From a virus, in the IMG/VR virus record IMGVR_UViG_3300044614_001845, positions 6,689 to 70,688 of that record: a DNA stretch of 64,000 bases, one strand, 5' to 3'. This document shows, in pieces, positions 56,167-64,000 of this stretch (the stretch's first letter is position 1; the number at the start of each line of letters is the position of its first letter). Made by a program: the position numbers and the translations under genes. The notes beneath the pieces are model-generated. The model ran no database searches, was not told the origin of the DNA, and saw only the letters and a list, made by a program, of their open reading frames with translations.

Positions 56167-56190
56167 AAAAAAGCCCCACCGAAGTGGGGC
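56167..56190 (-). terminator. intrinsic terminator
   Basis: GCCCCAC-TTCG-GTGGGGC-TTTTTT. Confidence 0.9.
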
Positions 56191-56209
56191 ATTGCACCTG
56201 AAAAATAGA

Positions 56210-56500
56210 TCAGGCGGTGGTATCCAGAGTCCAACCCTTGCCAGTAGCAACGGCTTTTTCTCCAACAGTGACGGTGGCGTTGCCGGTGGTGCCGCTGATG
56301 TCCAGGGTTTGAGTCCCGGTCACAGTGGGCAGACCAGCAAACAGTTCCACCAGGTTGGTACGGGTGAAGGCAGCAGGGATCACATAGATGCTGCCGCTGG
56401 CAATACCGGCGTCGTAAGCAACGCGGATAGCGGTGATGACCTCTTCAACGGCAGTAGTGACCTGACGGCCAATGACGTTGCGATCAGTTTTGAAAGGCAT
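56210..56500 (-). CDS. putative head decoration/structural protein
   Basis: MPFKTDRN...; capsid-like codon bias; own terminator. Confidence 0.6.
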   Translation of the reverse strand: MPFKTDRNVIGRQVTTAVEEVITAIRVAYDAGIASGSIYVIPAAFTRTNLVELFAGLPTVTGTQTLDISGTTGNATVTVGEKAVATGKGWTLDTTA

Positions 56501-56577
56501 GGCGAGTGAGGGTGAGCGCTCTAACACATGCTAAGAACCCGGCGAAGAATTAGTCTTCATCAGAATTAACTGGAGCC

Positions 56578-56769
56578 GTGTCAGAAAGAAGAACTTGGGA
56601 CTCTCCAGTGCGACAGCCTTGGAATCCCATCATTCATCATTTGCTAAAAGCAGTTGATACGCATAATCAACTTTATTTTCGCACTGGCAATCTATGGCAT
56701 TTGCAGAAAGCAAATGAAGCAAGAATTTATGTTAAAGAACTCAAGGATTGGATAAAAAGTCAAGAATAA
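56578..56769 (+). CDS. hypothetical protein (opposite strand in head cluster)
   Basis: W..P.R.PWN..I...L.A.D.H pattern. Confidence 0.6.
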   Translation: MSERRTWDSPVRQPWNPIIHHLLKAVDTHNQLYFRTGNLWHLQKANEARIYVKELKDWIKSQE

Positions 56770-56778
56770 ACTCTTTAT

Positions 56779-57063
56779 CTACCATTTTACCTTATCGGCC
56801 CAATAAGCTGCACTTAATTTCCCTTTTGCAATATTTTGGGCGTGTCTTGCCTTAAAAGAGCGACGACGCGCTTTTTCTTTCTCGGTATCAGGACTGCTGC
56901 CAGCGCCACTTACGCCCTGCTGCCCAAAGCGAATCAACTTAACCTTATCGCCTTCTTTTGCAACAACAACGTGCGACTTGGTTGGATGATTCGGAGTGCG
57001 CTTGGGTTTGTTGTACCCAGAAACACCGGCTCTTTCAAGGCGCGGATCTTTCTTTTTCATCAC
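56779..57063 (-). CDS. small basic protein
   Basis: LIRFGQQG...RRRSFKARH...SAAYWADKVKW. Confidence 0.8.
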   Translation of the reverse strand: MMKKKDPRLERAGVSGYNKPKRTPNHPTKSHVVVAKEGDKVKLIRFGQQGVSGAGSSPDTEKEKARRRSFKARHAQNIAKGKLSAAYWADKVKW

Positions 57064-57218
57064 TTCCTCCTCTTGCGGGAAATAACAAGCTTGCCGTCTT
57101 TTTCTTTTACGCTCATGCCAGCTTGCTCAGTCTGCCGTTTGAGCGAAGCGTACTTTTGAGCAAGTGTCATCTTCCTGCCTTTCTTTTTACTCTTGCCCGG
57201 TGGGTAGTACTCAGCCAT
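57060..57218 (-). CDS. small basic protein (not in ORF track)
   Basis: MAEYYPPGKSKKKGRK...RKRRK. Confidence 0.6.
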   Translation of the reverse strand: MAEYYPPGKSKKKGRKMTLAQKYASLKRQTEQAGMSVKEKDGKLVISRKRRK

Positions 57219-57251
57219 TTACGGAAGCCCAGCTACAGGCACCGTAGCAAT

Positions 57252-57283
57252 AAAAAACCTCCTGAAGCGCGAAGCTCAGGAGG
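57252..57283 (-). terminator. intrinsic terminator after scaffold gene
   Basis: CCTCCTGA/TCAGGAGG stem followed by TTTTTT. Confidence 0.75.
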
Positions 57284-57309
57284 CCCGTCCGTCATCATCC
57301 AATAGCAGG

Positions 57310-58152
57310 CTACATCGCCTGCAACGCTCGGCCAAGTACCGGATCAAGCTTTCCAGCAAGACGTGCTTCGTTCATCAAGCGCTTCGCCTTATCAGGATCT
57401 TTCTGCATCAGCTCAGCTGCCTTGGTGGCATTCACGCTGTCCTTGTTGAAGGGGTTGTTGGAGTAGGTCGAAGTCGCAGCGCGAGCAGTCGTCATGCCCG
57501 ACCCAGTTGCACCGCTACCGGCGAAGTAAACAGCAAACTCTTCGTCATCACGCAGTTTTGTAACGGCGTCACGCAAAGAAACCGGATCATCCTCCGAACC
57601 AAACACAACTGTGCTTTCGTCATCAAGAAGACGAAACTTCTCCTTCATTAACTTATAAAGATGAGAAGGGCGACGACACTCAGCTTTTGATAGCTCGTCG
57701 GTGACAAAACGCTCAAGCTTGCTCTCACGACGCTTTTCACGTTCTTGATTGCGCTCTTGCTCAAGCTGCTCATTCGTTTTACGAAGATCGCTCAGCTCTT
57801 TGCGCAACGAAGCAAACTGGGCCTTTACTGCTTCATTCATCGCATCAGAAGGCACTTGGCCCTGCTGAGGCTGAACAGTTTGCTGCGCGGAAGGCTCCTC
57901 TTCGCCCGACCTGGCAGGCTTCAAACCAGCAATGCGCTCGGCAAGAGCGTCTTCATCAAGCTCATCGGTCAGCTCGATGCCCGCAACTTTCAAGAAAGTA
58001 TCGACGGTTTTCTTTTTCTTGAGATCCTTGAGCAACCCTTGATTTGTAGCTTTTAACTTGGTGCTTTCACTTTCAAGCGCATCTGCCTTCTTTTGAAGAG
58101 CTTGCACAAGCGCGAGAGCGTCTTCAAGAGTTTCTGGGGTGTGTTCGGTCAC
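57310..58152 (-). CDS. capsid scaffolding protein
   Basis: coiled coil; F..SGATGSG...NPF.K...N.T. Confidence 0.8.
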   Translation of the reverse strand: MTEHTPETLEDALALVQALQKKADALESESTKLKATNQGLLKDLKKKKTVDTFLKVAGIELTDELDEDALAERIAGLKPARSGEEEPSAQQTVQPQQGQVPSDAMNEAVKAQFASLRKELSDLRKTNEQLEQERNQEREKRRESKLERFVTDELSKAECRRPSHLYKLMKEKFRLLDDESTVVFGSEDDPVSLRDAVTKLRDDEEFAVYFAGSGATGSGMTTARAATSTYSNNPFNKDSVNATKAAELMQKDPDKAKRLMNEARLAGKLDPVLGRALQAM

Positions 58153-58173
58153 GCAAAGTCGTGTCTTGACTCG

Positions 58174-59895
58174 TTAAATAGTAGCACCGTCTGCCTCGTT
58201 TAGCTCAACAGAAGCCTCTAGCGCCTCAAGGTCACGACCTTCGCTCATCGGGGACGTGTTATCAACTGGGATCTGCCCACGATTTGCAACCTGTGCCCCT
58301 GCGCCAACACCAAGCTGACGAGCGGTTTCTGTACCCGTCAAGCCCATATCGGCAAGAAGATCCTTAACTGCAAAGTCAGGCAGCCCTTCAAACATCTCGC
58401 CCGCTTCAAGCATCCGCAGGAACATTTCAATAGTAATGGCGTTGCTGTCCTTAAACAAAGAACTGAGCGCCATGACTTGCTGAGAATGCAGCTTAACGGG
58501 GATGAAGTTCTTGCTAATCGCTACGCGCACTTCAGGAATTTGACGATAGGCGGACGCATAAAGCAATGCTCGATTGATCGCGTCCTCAAGGCTCTGCACC
58601 AGCACGGCGAGCTGCGAATCGCTCTGAGAGCGGTCCAGGAGCTTCGCAAAGCCGCTTTCCGCCTGCGTCTTGCCCGTTGTCATGGCAACTGCCGCAAGGC
58701 GCTCCATGGCCTGCTCAATGCGCCTCAGATTCTCCAGCGTGACCGATGCGCCCTCCATGGAGGCACTCATCAGATCGAACTTGGCATCAGGGTTTTGCGA
58801 GAACAAGGCACGACCGGCACCCGCCTTGATCTCATCGTCGGGACGCACGCCCGTACCGGTCAGAATCGGCGATGAAGTGAGGTGGATGGTCTCTGCAAGG
58901 TCAGCAGAGATACTCCAATGATTCAAATTAAGACGTGCGATATCAAAAAGTAGGGGGCGAGCACGGAAAAATGCTTCTTTCTTGCCACCAAAAACGGGCA
59001 CAAACGGAATAAACGGGATCGAAAGATACGTTGTATCCTCAAGCGTGTACTTATCTACGTCGCCAGGCGTGTTTATTTTTGCGTACAGGCGACAGCGAAC
59101 ACGTTGCGTCGAAATCGTGGCTTCAGGCTGATCAGATAGCTCAGAAACGCTGTTATCTGCAAGATTTTGAATATCATAAACACGCACTGCAGGAATAACT
59201 TCCTCAAAAAATTCGTTCTCCTCGCTTTGGCGACGGATCTCGGTCTTGACTCGCAAGTAGGTCGGGAATGCGCCGAATATATTCTGCGCCCCTACTTGTG
59301 CATTGAACACGTCGTAGCGACATTCAAGCACTTGCTCCATGCGCATCAGCACAAAGTAAGGGCGTGGATTAAGCAGACGCTCCTCAGCGGCGCTCAGATC
59401 CGGCGGAAGCTTGGGGTACTCCACCCAAATTGCCGACACACCACCATCCAGCGCCTCCGTAAAGGCTTCCTTGGCGAAGGACAGCATCGAGTGACCCTCT
59501 AGGTCAACGTCCTCAAAAAAATTGCCCCACTCGCTAGGGATCGTTTCAGGGGTGCCAACACCCTTGCGCAGCGCTGTCCCGCAAACAAGATCTCTCAAAT
59601 GACAATAGTAATTCTGAAAACTACTTTGCGCACGAGTTTTGCGTACTTCGTAGCTCTTCTGCTCTTCTAAATAATCTTGCGGGATATATTCGTCTGATGC
59701 TTCAAGCAGAAAAAATTCCGGTAGCGTGCAAAAACGAATCGGCGCAAGCCGTGAAAATTGCTCGGCCTGCTCTAAGGAGTACGCATCGACACCAACAACC
59801 TCTTCAAACGCCTGCTCATACTCAGGGAAGCGACGTTCAAACGGCAACGTCAGGTTGTCACTCGTTGGAACAAGCGAGTTGGGGACGATTGCCAC
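58174..59895 (-). CDS. portal protein (DUF4055-like)
   Basis: Y..R..RA, VDLEG, RPYF, IPFVP, PLL.DIA.LN..H. Confidence 0.88.
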   Translation of the reverse strand: MAIVPNSLVPTSDNLTLPFERRFPEYEQAFEEVVGVDAYSLEQAEQFSRLAPIRFCTLPEFFLLEASDEYIPQDYLEEQKSYEVRKTRAQSSFQNYYCHLRDLVCGTALRKGVGTPETIPSEWGNFFEDVDLEGHSMLSFAKEAFTEALDGGVSAIWVEYPKLPPDLSAAEERLLNPRPYFVLMRMEQVLECRYDVFNAQVGAQNIFGAFPTYLRVKTEIRRQSEENEFFEEVIPAVRVYDIQNLADNSVSELSDQPEATISTQRVRCRLYAKINTPGDVDKYTLEDTTYLSIPFIPFVPVFGGKKEAFFRARPLLFDIARLNLNHWSISADLAETIHLTSSPILTGTGVRPDDEIKAGAGRALFSQNPDAKFDLMSASMEGASVTLENLRRIEQAMERLAAVAMTTGKTQAESGFAKLLDRSQSDSQLAVLVQSLEDAINRALLYASAYRQIPEVRVAISKNFIPVKLHSQQVMALSSLFKDSNAITIEMFLRMLEAGEMFEGLPDFAVKDLLADMGLTGTETARQLGVGAGAQVANRGQIPVDNTSPMSEGRDLEALEASVELNEADGATI

Positions 59896-59938
59896 TGCTT
59901 TTTATGACTGCGATACAAGCAGTGTAGCTCTTGTGTCT

Positions 59939-61336
59939 TCAGCGCCAACGCGGACGACTGAAGTGAGCGGTTGCACGCGGCATCGTATGCCAAACCAAAT
60001 AACGCAAAGCATCACCTGCGTGAGAAAGATCATGCTTTCCGCCCTTCATTGGTCGATAATTTTCATCATAGCCCCAATTCTCTAAACTTTGCAGCGTTTC
60101 AGGGCATGATGTTGGATTAACAAGAACAGAACAGGCGTGAAGGTAAAGGTTAGTGTGTGCAATCGTCTCTGCAACTGGTGGGTTACGACGTTCTGCAACT
60201 ACTTTGATACCCGCATTACGCAAAATGTCGTGATCGCTCTCTGTTGCACTCGTGCTCGCATGACTACCGCTGGCATCTGGGTGGCATGTCACCATCCCAT
60301 TCGCAAGCTGCCTGGGGAAACGCTTTTTGACGTGCTCAACGAGATCAAACGTCGTGCGACACATGTACTCCTCAAAGACGTGAACAGCCTGCCCAGTCGG
60401 CGAAGGACGAACAACGCCATAACAGGACATGCTTTTGCCCACGTTGAAGTCTGCGCCAAAAACAATTCTTTCGTTTGGCTCGGGGTGAAACACACTCGTG
60501 CAATGCTTTTGACGATCAAACTCATGAAATACAGTTGCCTGCGCAAGATTAACAAACTCGCCATTCAAGTATGCTTCAATTAAGTTTGCTGGGTATGTTG
60601 CGCGTAGGTTTTCAATGAAGCCTGGGTCAAGATAAGGGTTGTCAGCGGTTTTTGCTTTATAGAGCGCTTTCTCGTCTGATGATTCGCGCACGAACATGTT
60701 GTATAGCGCTTTGTGACCCTCAGGCGTAGATGCAAAACATAGTTGAGGGCACTTGCCCACACGAACACGCCCTTGCAGTTTTACAATTGCCGCCTCAGCT
60801 GTTTGCGTCGAAACTGTATCAATTTCGTCAACAACCATACTTGCAGCATTAACACCGATAATTCTATTGTAGTTTTCAAATGAGCGCAACAATATAGGTG
60901 TATCGCCCTTGGGGAGCTTCAAAGTAAAAACAGGAAGTGGGCTTGTTCTGAATTCATGCGGGATGCCATAGCGATCTAATACGCTTTGCCAGGCAGGAAT
61001 TGCAACGTCACGCAGTAGCGGGATTGTCGGTTCAAGAAATAGATGCGTAAAGCCCTGACTGCGGAAGCATAAAAGTACTGATTTTGTGACTGCTGCAAAA
61101 CTCTTCCCGCTACCAAACCCACCGCATAATGCCACCATGCGATGATCAAAGTCAGTGACAAAGCTTTTTTGATGCGGAAGCAAGTCAGAGACTATCTTGA
61201 TTTCACATGCGGCATGATCAAATGAATTATTGCCCTTTCGTGCAACTGCACGTAGTTTCGATGTGTCGCTAAAAAGCCCTAACGATTGCAGAGCTGCTCG
61301 ATCTGCATAACGACTGCTACGCGCTTTGGCTGGCAC
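59939..61336 (-). CDS. terL: terminase large subunit
   Basis: Walker A GGFGSGKS, VVDE, STPEG, GADFN, H..DALRY. Confidence 0.93.
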   Translation of the reverse strand: MPAKARSSRYADRAALQSLGLFSDTSKLRAVARKGNNSFDHAACEIKIVSDLLPHQKSFVTDFDHRMVALCGGFGSGKSFAAVTKSVLLCFRSQGFTHLFLEPTIPLLRDVAIPAWQSVLDRYGIPHEFRTSPLPVFTLKLPKGDTPILLRSFENYNRIIGVNAASMVVDEIDTVSTQTAEAAIVKLQGRVRVGKCPQLCFASTPEGHKALYNMFVRESSDEKALYKAKTADNPYLDPGFIENLRATYPANLIEAYLNGEFVNLAQATVFHEFDRQKHCTSVFHPEPNERIVFGADFNVGKSMSCYGVVRPSPTGQAVHVFEEYMCRTTFDLVEHVKKRFPRQLANGMVTCHPDASGSHASTSATESDHDILRNAGIKVVAERRNPPVAETIAHTNLYLHACSVLVNPTSCPETLQSLENWGYDENYRPMKGGKHDLSHAGDALRYLVWHTMPRATAHFSRPRWR

Positions 61337-61596
61337 TACTTCTTCTTGCGCTTGTGTTGATAGCTTATGCGCTTACTGCTGGTCTTTGCACGCTTGAAGC
61401 GTTTCTTTTCTTCAGGCGTCAGCTCTTTGCTTGTTTTCGGCGTGTCAGCTGAAACTCGTTTGGATGGGCGACAGGCAGGGTAGCCACGACGTTTCTCGCC
61501 ATCGGAACGCCCACAGGGCTTGCCCGTCTTGATATCTACCCATTCCTCCTTGAACCAACGAGAGAGGCCCGAAGAGGCGCGACGAGAGCGAGGCAT
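61336..61596 (-). CDS. small basic protein
   Basis: GLSRWFKEEWVD...PCGR...YPACRP. Confidence 0.75.
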   Translation of the reverse strand: MPRSRRASSGLSRWFKEEWVDIKTGKPCGRSDGEKRRGYPACRPSKRVSADTPKTSKELTPEEKKRFKRAKTSSKRISYQHKRKKK

Positions 61597-61601
61597 GACA
61601 A

Positions 61602-61757
61602 TTAGCCCTTCTCTACACGATAACGCCCACCACGCTTTTTATATTCACGTACTAGCCAAGCATTAGCATATGCGCTTGGATAGACTTTGAATTTACGTTT
61701 AGCAGCTGCTTTAACGCGAGCGTAGAGCGCTTTGTCAGTCGGGACGTTCTTCGACAT
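61602..61757 (-). CDS. small basic protein (not in ORF track)
   Basis: MSKNVPTDKALYARVKAAAKRKFKVYPSAYANAWLVREYKKRGGRYRVEKG. Confidence 0.75.
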   Translation of the reverse strand: MSKNVPTDKALYARVKAAAKRKFKVYPSAYANAWLVREYKKRGGRYRVEKG

Positions 61758-61986
61758 CTTGCGTCTCATCACGCAGTTCAATCAAAGCATAGCTCTTCAT
61801 CTTTGTTTCAAGTGCTTGTGATACGTTTTCAAGCTGCTGAAGTGTTGGGTAGAACTCAACACGACAGAAAGGGAGACTATCAACATCAAGATCAATCTCA
61901 ATGCGCTTAACAAATTTCAAGTCAAGCTTGAGCGCAGCAAGGATTGCAGGGGCGATATGCGTAGAAGAGACAAGTTCTTGAGTCAA
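61735..61986 (-). CDS. hypothetical protein
   Basis: 83-aa ORF. Confidence 0.6.
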   Translation of the reverse strand: MTQELVSSTHIAPAILAALKLDLKFVKRIEIDLDVDSLPFCRVEFYPTLQQLENVSQALETKMKSYALIELRDETQDVEERPD

Positions 61987-62264
61987 TCTTCAATAAAAAC
62001 GAATGTGTCAGGAATCATATCAGCATCTGTCAGGCTGTCAAATGGTTTTTGAGCAATTGAATCAGGCACAAAGTACAGCATCATGTTGTTTTCTTGAAAA
62101 GTAACAATAATATGTTCAATATCATTGACTTTTTGAGTCATGCGTAGCATCAATCGACAATTGTGATTACTTTTTGATAGATATACGACGCGAATAAGGT
62201 CTTGAGGACGTAAATACTCGTGCAAAAAAGCGACTAAATCTTGCTTTGAAAGCTTGTCTGTCAT
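61983..62264 (-). CDS. hypothetical protein
   Basis: coupled ORF. Confidence 0.6.
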   Translation of the reverse strand: MTDKLSKQDLVAFLHEYLRPQDLIRVVYLSKSNHNCRLMLRMTQKVNDIEHIIVTFQENNMMLYFVPDSIAQKPFDSLTDADMIPDTFVFIED

Positions 62265-62464
62265 GTCACGCACTCATTAGAAACACTTGATGGAATATTA
62301 CGGTGTCTTGGGGCTCGTGCTAGCTCAACAAATCTTTTGAATTGTTGTAAATCACGAATATCTTTCAAAATTAAGTTAATTGCAGCATTTAGTTCTTGAT
62401 TTTCTTCTTTTAATTCAGCAACAATTGTCTCTAGTTCTGCGATTCGCTCTTTTTTGCTTGACAT
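62261..62464 (-). CDS. small coiled-coil protein
   Basis: MSSKKERIAELE...; downstream of promoter at 62486-62515. Confidence 0.6.
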   Translation of the reverse strand: MSSKKERIAELETIVAELKEENQELNAAINLILKDIRDLQQFKRFVELARAPRHRNIPSSVSNECVT

Positions 62465-62485
62465 GCGATAAAAGAAATCAATTTG

Positions 62486-62515
62486 ATCGTAGCACTGTCC
62501 GGCGCAATGTGTCAA
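62486..62515 (-). promoter_or_regulatory. sigma70-type promoter heading the packaging operon
   Basis: TTGACA-N18-TACGAT with extended TG. Confidence 0.6.
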
Positions 62516-62649
62516 GTCTGTTTATTTTGTAAGTTGTCTGCCGGAATAGGGGAAAAAAATTTGGGAGGGGGGGTAATTAAGCCCCGCCTGCTGGCAAGGG
62601 CTACCCCTGGTGAGGGCCCGGTGTGGTGGCCGGGCCCGTGGGGCTAGGG

Positions 62650-63270
62650 TCAGTCGGCGGATTCCTGCGCGATGGCGTCAGAGAACGCGGTTAAGTGCGC
62701 GACCCATAACTGGGCCCATAGATCGGCTCCGGGCATCTCGCCGGGAAGCTCGCAGTGGAGCCATCCGGCGTTATCGGCTGGCCTGGTGACGGTGCAGCCT
62801 GTCAGGGCTGACAGCCTGGCAGCGAGCTGAGCGGGGCCGGTGATCTCCACGTTCAGCTGGGAGGCTACTGCGGCCGCTTCGGGGATCCACACTCGACCGG
62901 CTGAGCGGCTGAGTGTGCTGCAGATGCCCGCCCAAAACTGAGCGCTGGCCTGACGCTCCGGGCTCAGATCCCGGAACGTGGCCACCTTCACGTTGGGGCC
63001 GGGCTTCACGCTGGCCCGCGGCTTAGGTTCGGCTGGCTTGCTTGAGCTGAGCTTCCCTGCCCAACCCATACGGGCTAGGGCTGCCTTGTCTCGGGCTGTT
63101 AGCGGCTGCGCTAGCACTTCCGCTTTGCCTTGGGCGGTGCGGCGTGCTGCGCTTTTGCACTGCTGGGTGGCGGCCATAGCCTGCAGGGCTGCGGCCAGTA
63201 GGGAGGCGGGGTCCTGGGCGGCGTTGCGCTTGGGATCGGGGGCGGCGGCGGCGGTCTTGGTGCGGGTCAT
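62650..63270 (-). CDS. Ala-rich hypothetical protein (GC-rich arm)
   Basis: ATG 63270 chosen to avoid overlap with the upstream ORF. Confidence 0.65.
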   Translation of the reverse strand: MTRTKTAAAAPDPKRNAAQDPASLLAAALQAMAATQQCKSAARRTAQGKAEVLAQPLTARDKAALARMGWAGKLSSSKPAEPKPRASVKPGPNVKVATFRDLSPERQASAQFWAGICSTLSRSAGRVWIPEAAAVASQLNVEITGPAQLAARLSALTGCTVTRPADNAGWLHCELPGEMPGADLWAQLWVAHLTAFSDAIAQESAD

Positions 63271-63301
63271 TTGAGGTTCTCTGTAGGTGTGTTGGTGTGA
63301 G

Positions 63302-63631
63302 TCAGGCTGCGGTGGATCGCAGCCAGCGGAGCATCTGCTGCGCTTGTGGGCGGTTGATCTCAGCCACCAGAGGGGCCGCGATCTGCTCAACGTCTTGCAA
63401 GGGCAAGACGCCATCCATCCACTGCCAGAACGCTTCCAGTGCGGTCTGGCGTGCGCTTTCTAACGCTGGGTCGATCTGGCCATCGGTGTGACGGGCTAGC
63501 ATCCGGGCGTCGTTGATCAGCAGGCTTTCGAGCTGGTGGGCTCGCTGTCGCTCCTGCTGCTGCTGCTGTCGGCGTTGCTGGCGGTGCTCTGGTGATCCGG
63601 GACGGATCGGGCGTACTAGGGCTGCGGTCAT
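63302..63631 (-). CDS. hypothetical protein with Gln-rich tract
   Basis: 109-aa ORF. Confidence 0.6.
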   Translation of the reverse strand: MTAALVRPIRPGSPEHRQQRRQQQQQERQRAHQLESLLINDARMLARHTDGQIDPALESARQTALEAFWQWMDGVLPLQDVEQIAAPLVAEINRPQAQQMLRWLRSTAA

Positions 63632-63648
63632 CGGTATTCGGTTTGTGG

Positions 63649-63840
63649 TCAGTAGTGGATAACGCCATTAGCGGCGTTGCAGTTCTGCCAGAACTGCTGC
63701 CAGTTGGCGACCTTGGTAGGGCGGTGGCAGCAACGCCAGAACCATCTGGCGGCAGCTCGGCGCTGCGTGCGTGTGGCTTTTGGCCATGCTGCGGCGACTG
63801 CTGCGGCGTGGCGCTTGTGTGAGGCGGAAACTGGGAGCAT
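63649..63840 (-). CDS. hypothetical protein
   Basis: 63-aa ORF, first gene after the boxA-like leader. Confidence 0.5.
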   Translation of the reverse strand: MLPVSASHKRHAAAVAAAWPKATRTQRRAAARWFWRCCHRPTKVANWQQFWQNCNAANGVIHY

Positions 63841-63903
63841 TGATCTATGGGGATAGGTGGGCGGCGGGGGCGCGGGGGCGCGGGGGTTATGCGGGCCGGA
63901 GCC

Positions 63904-63974
63904 GTTTTCAAGGTTCAGCGAGACCTTCGGCTCGCTTGCTTTTGATCTTAAAGGATGCGCGAACGGCTTTGCAC
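63904..63974 (-). promoter_or_regulatory. promoter plus boxB-like hairpin plus boxA-like element
   Basis: GTGCAA-N18-TAAGAT, AGCGAG/CTCGCT hairpin, GAACCTTGAAAAC. Confidence 0.55.
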
Positions 63975-64000
63975 GTTTCGACTGATCAGTTCTCTTTATA

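Noticed and set aside
63387-63911. 174-aa Pro-rich ORF in the GC-rich arm
   Set aside because: Overlaps two better ORFs and starts within the boxA-like element; long open frames are expected at high GC
1-64000. Alternative genetic code or introns/inteins in terL, dnaB or capsid
   Set aside because: Core genes are uninterrupted and of normal length in the standard code; all three stop codons are used

Overview
The window is most of a tailed dsDNA phage genome: a siphovirus-type cyanophage, probably infecting picocyanobacteria. The host inference rests on a cyAbrB-like regulator, a cyanobacterial-type sigma70 factor and several small proteins typical of cyanophages. Layout: (1) 1-7.7 kb, a leftward array of small unknown early genes driven by seven near-consensus sigma70 promoters that share an upstream ATTA(G/A)TAC octamer, six of them followed immediately by a 5' hairpin; (2) 7.7-23.7 kb, rightward replication, recombination, nucleotide and regulatory genes (initiator with internal 16-bp iterons, DnaB, ERF, exonuclease, SSB, dNMP kinase, RusA, AbrB, MazG-like, Dcd, sigma factor), plus a highly structured ~210-nt non-coding region after ssb; (3) 23.7-62.5 kb, leftward lysis, tail-fibre, tail, head and packaging genes; (4) 62.5-64 kb, an abrupt GC-rich arm with a boxB/boxA-like leader. 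No integrase, DNA polymerase, tRNA, CRISPR array or reverse transcriptase was seen. The best leads are a canonical -1 frameshift signal inside the lysis cassette, the repeated promoter-hairpin cassettes, the post-ssb structured RNA, and a tail-fibre gene chain in which a short C-terminal tag on each gene is paired with a specific N-terminal domain on the next. All family assignments come from motif recognition by eye; no database searches were run.
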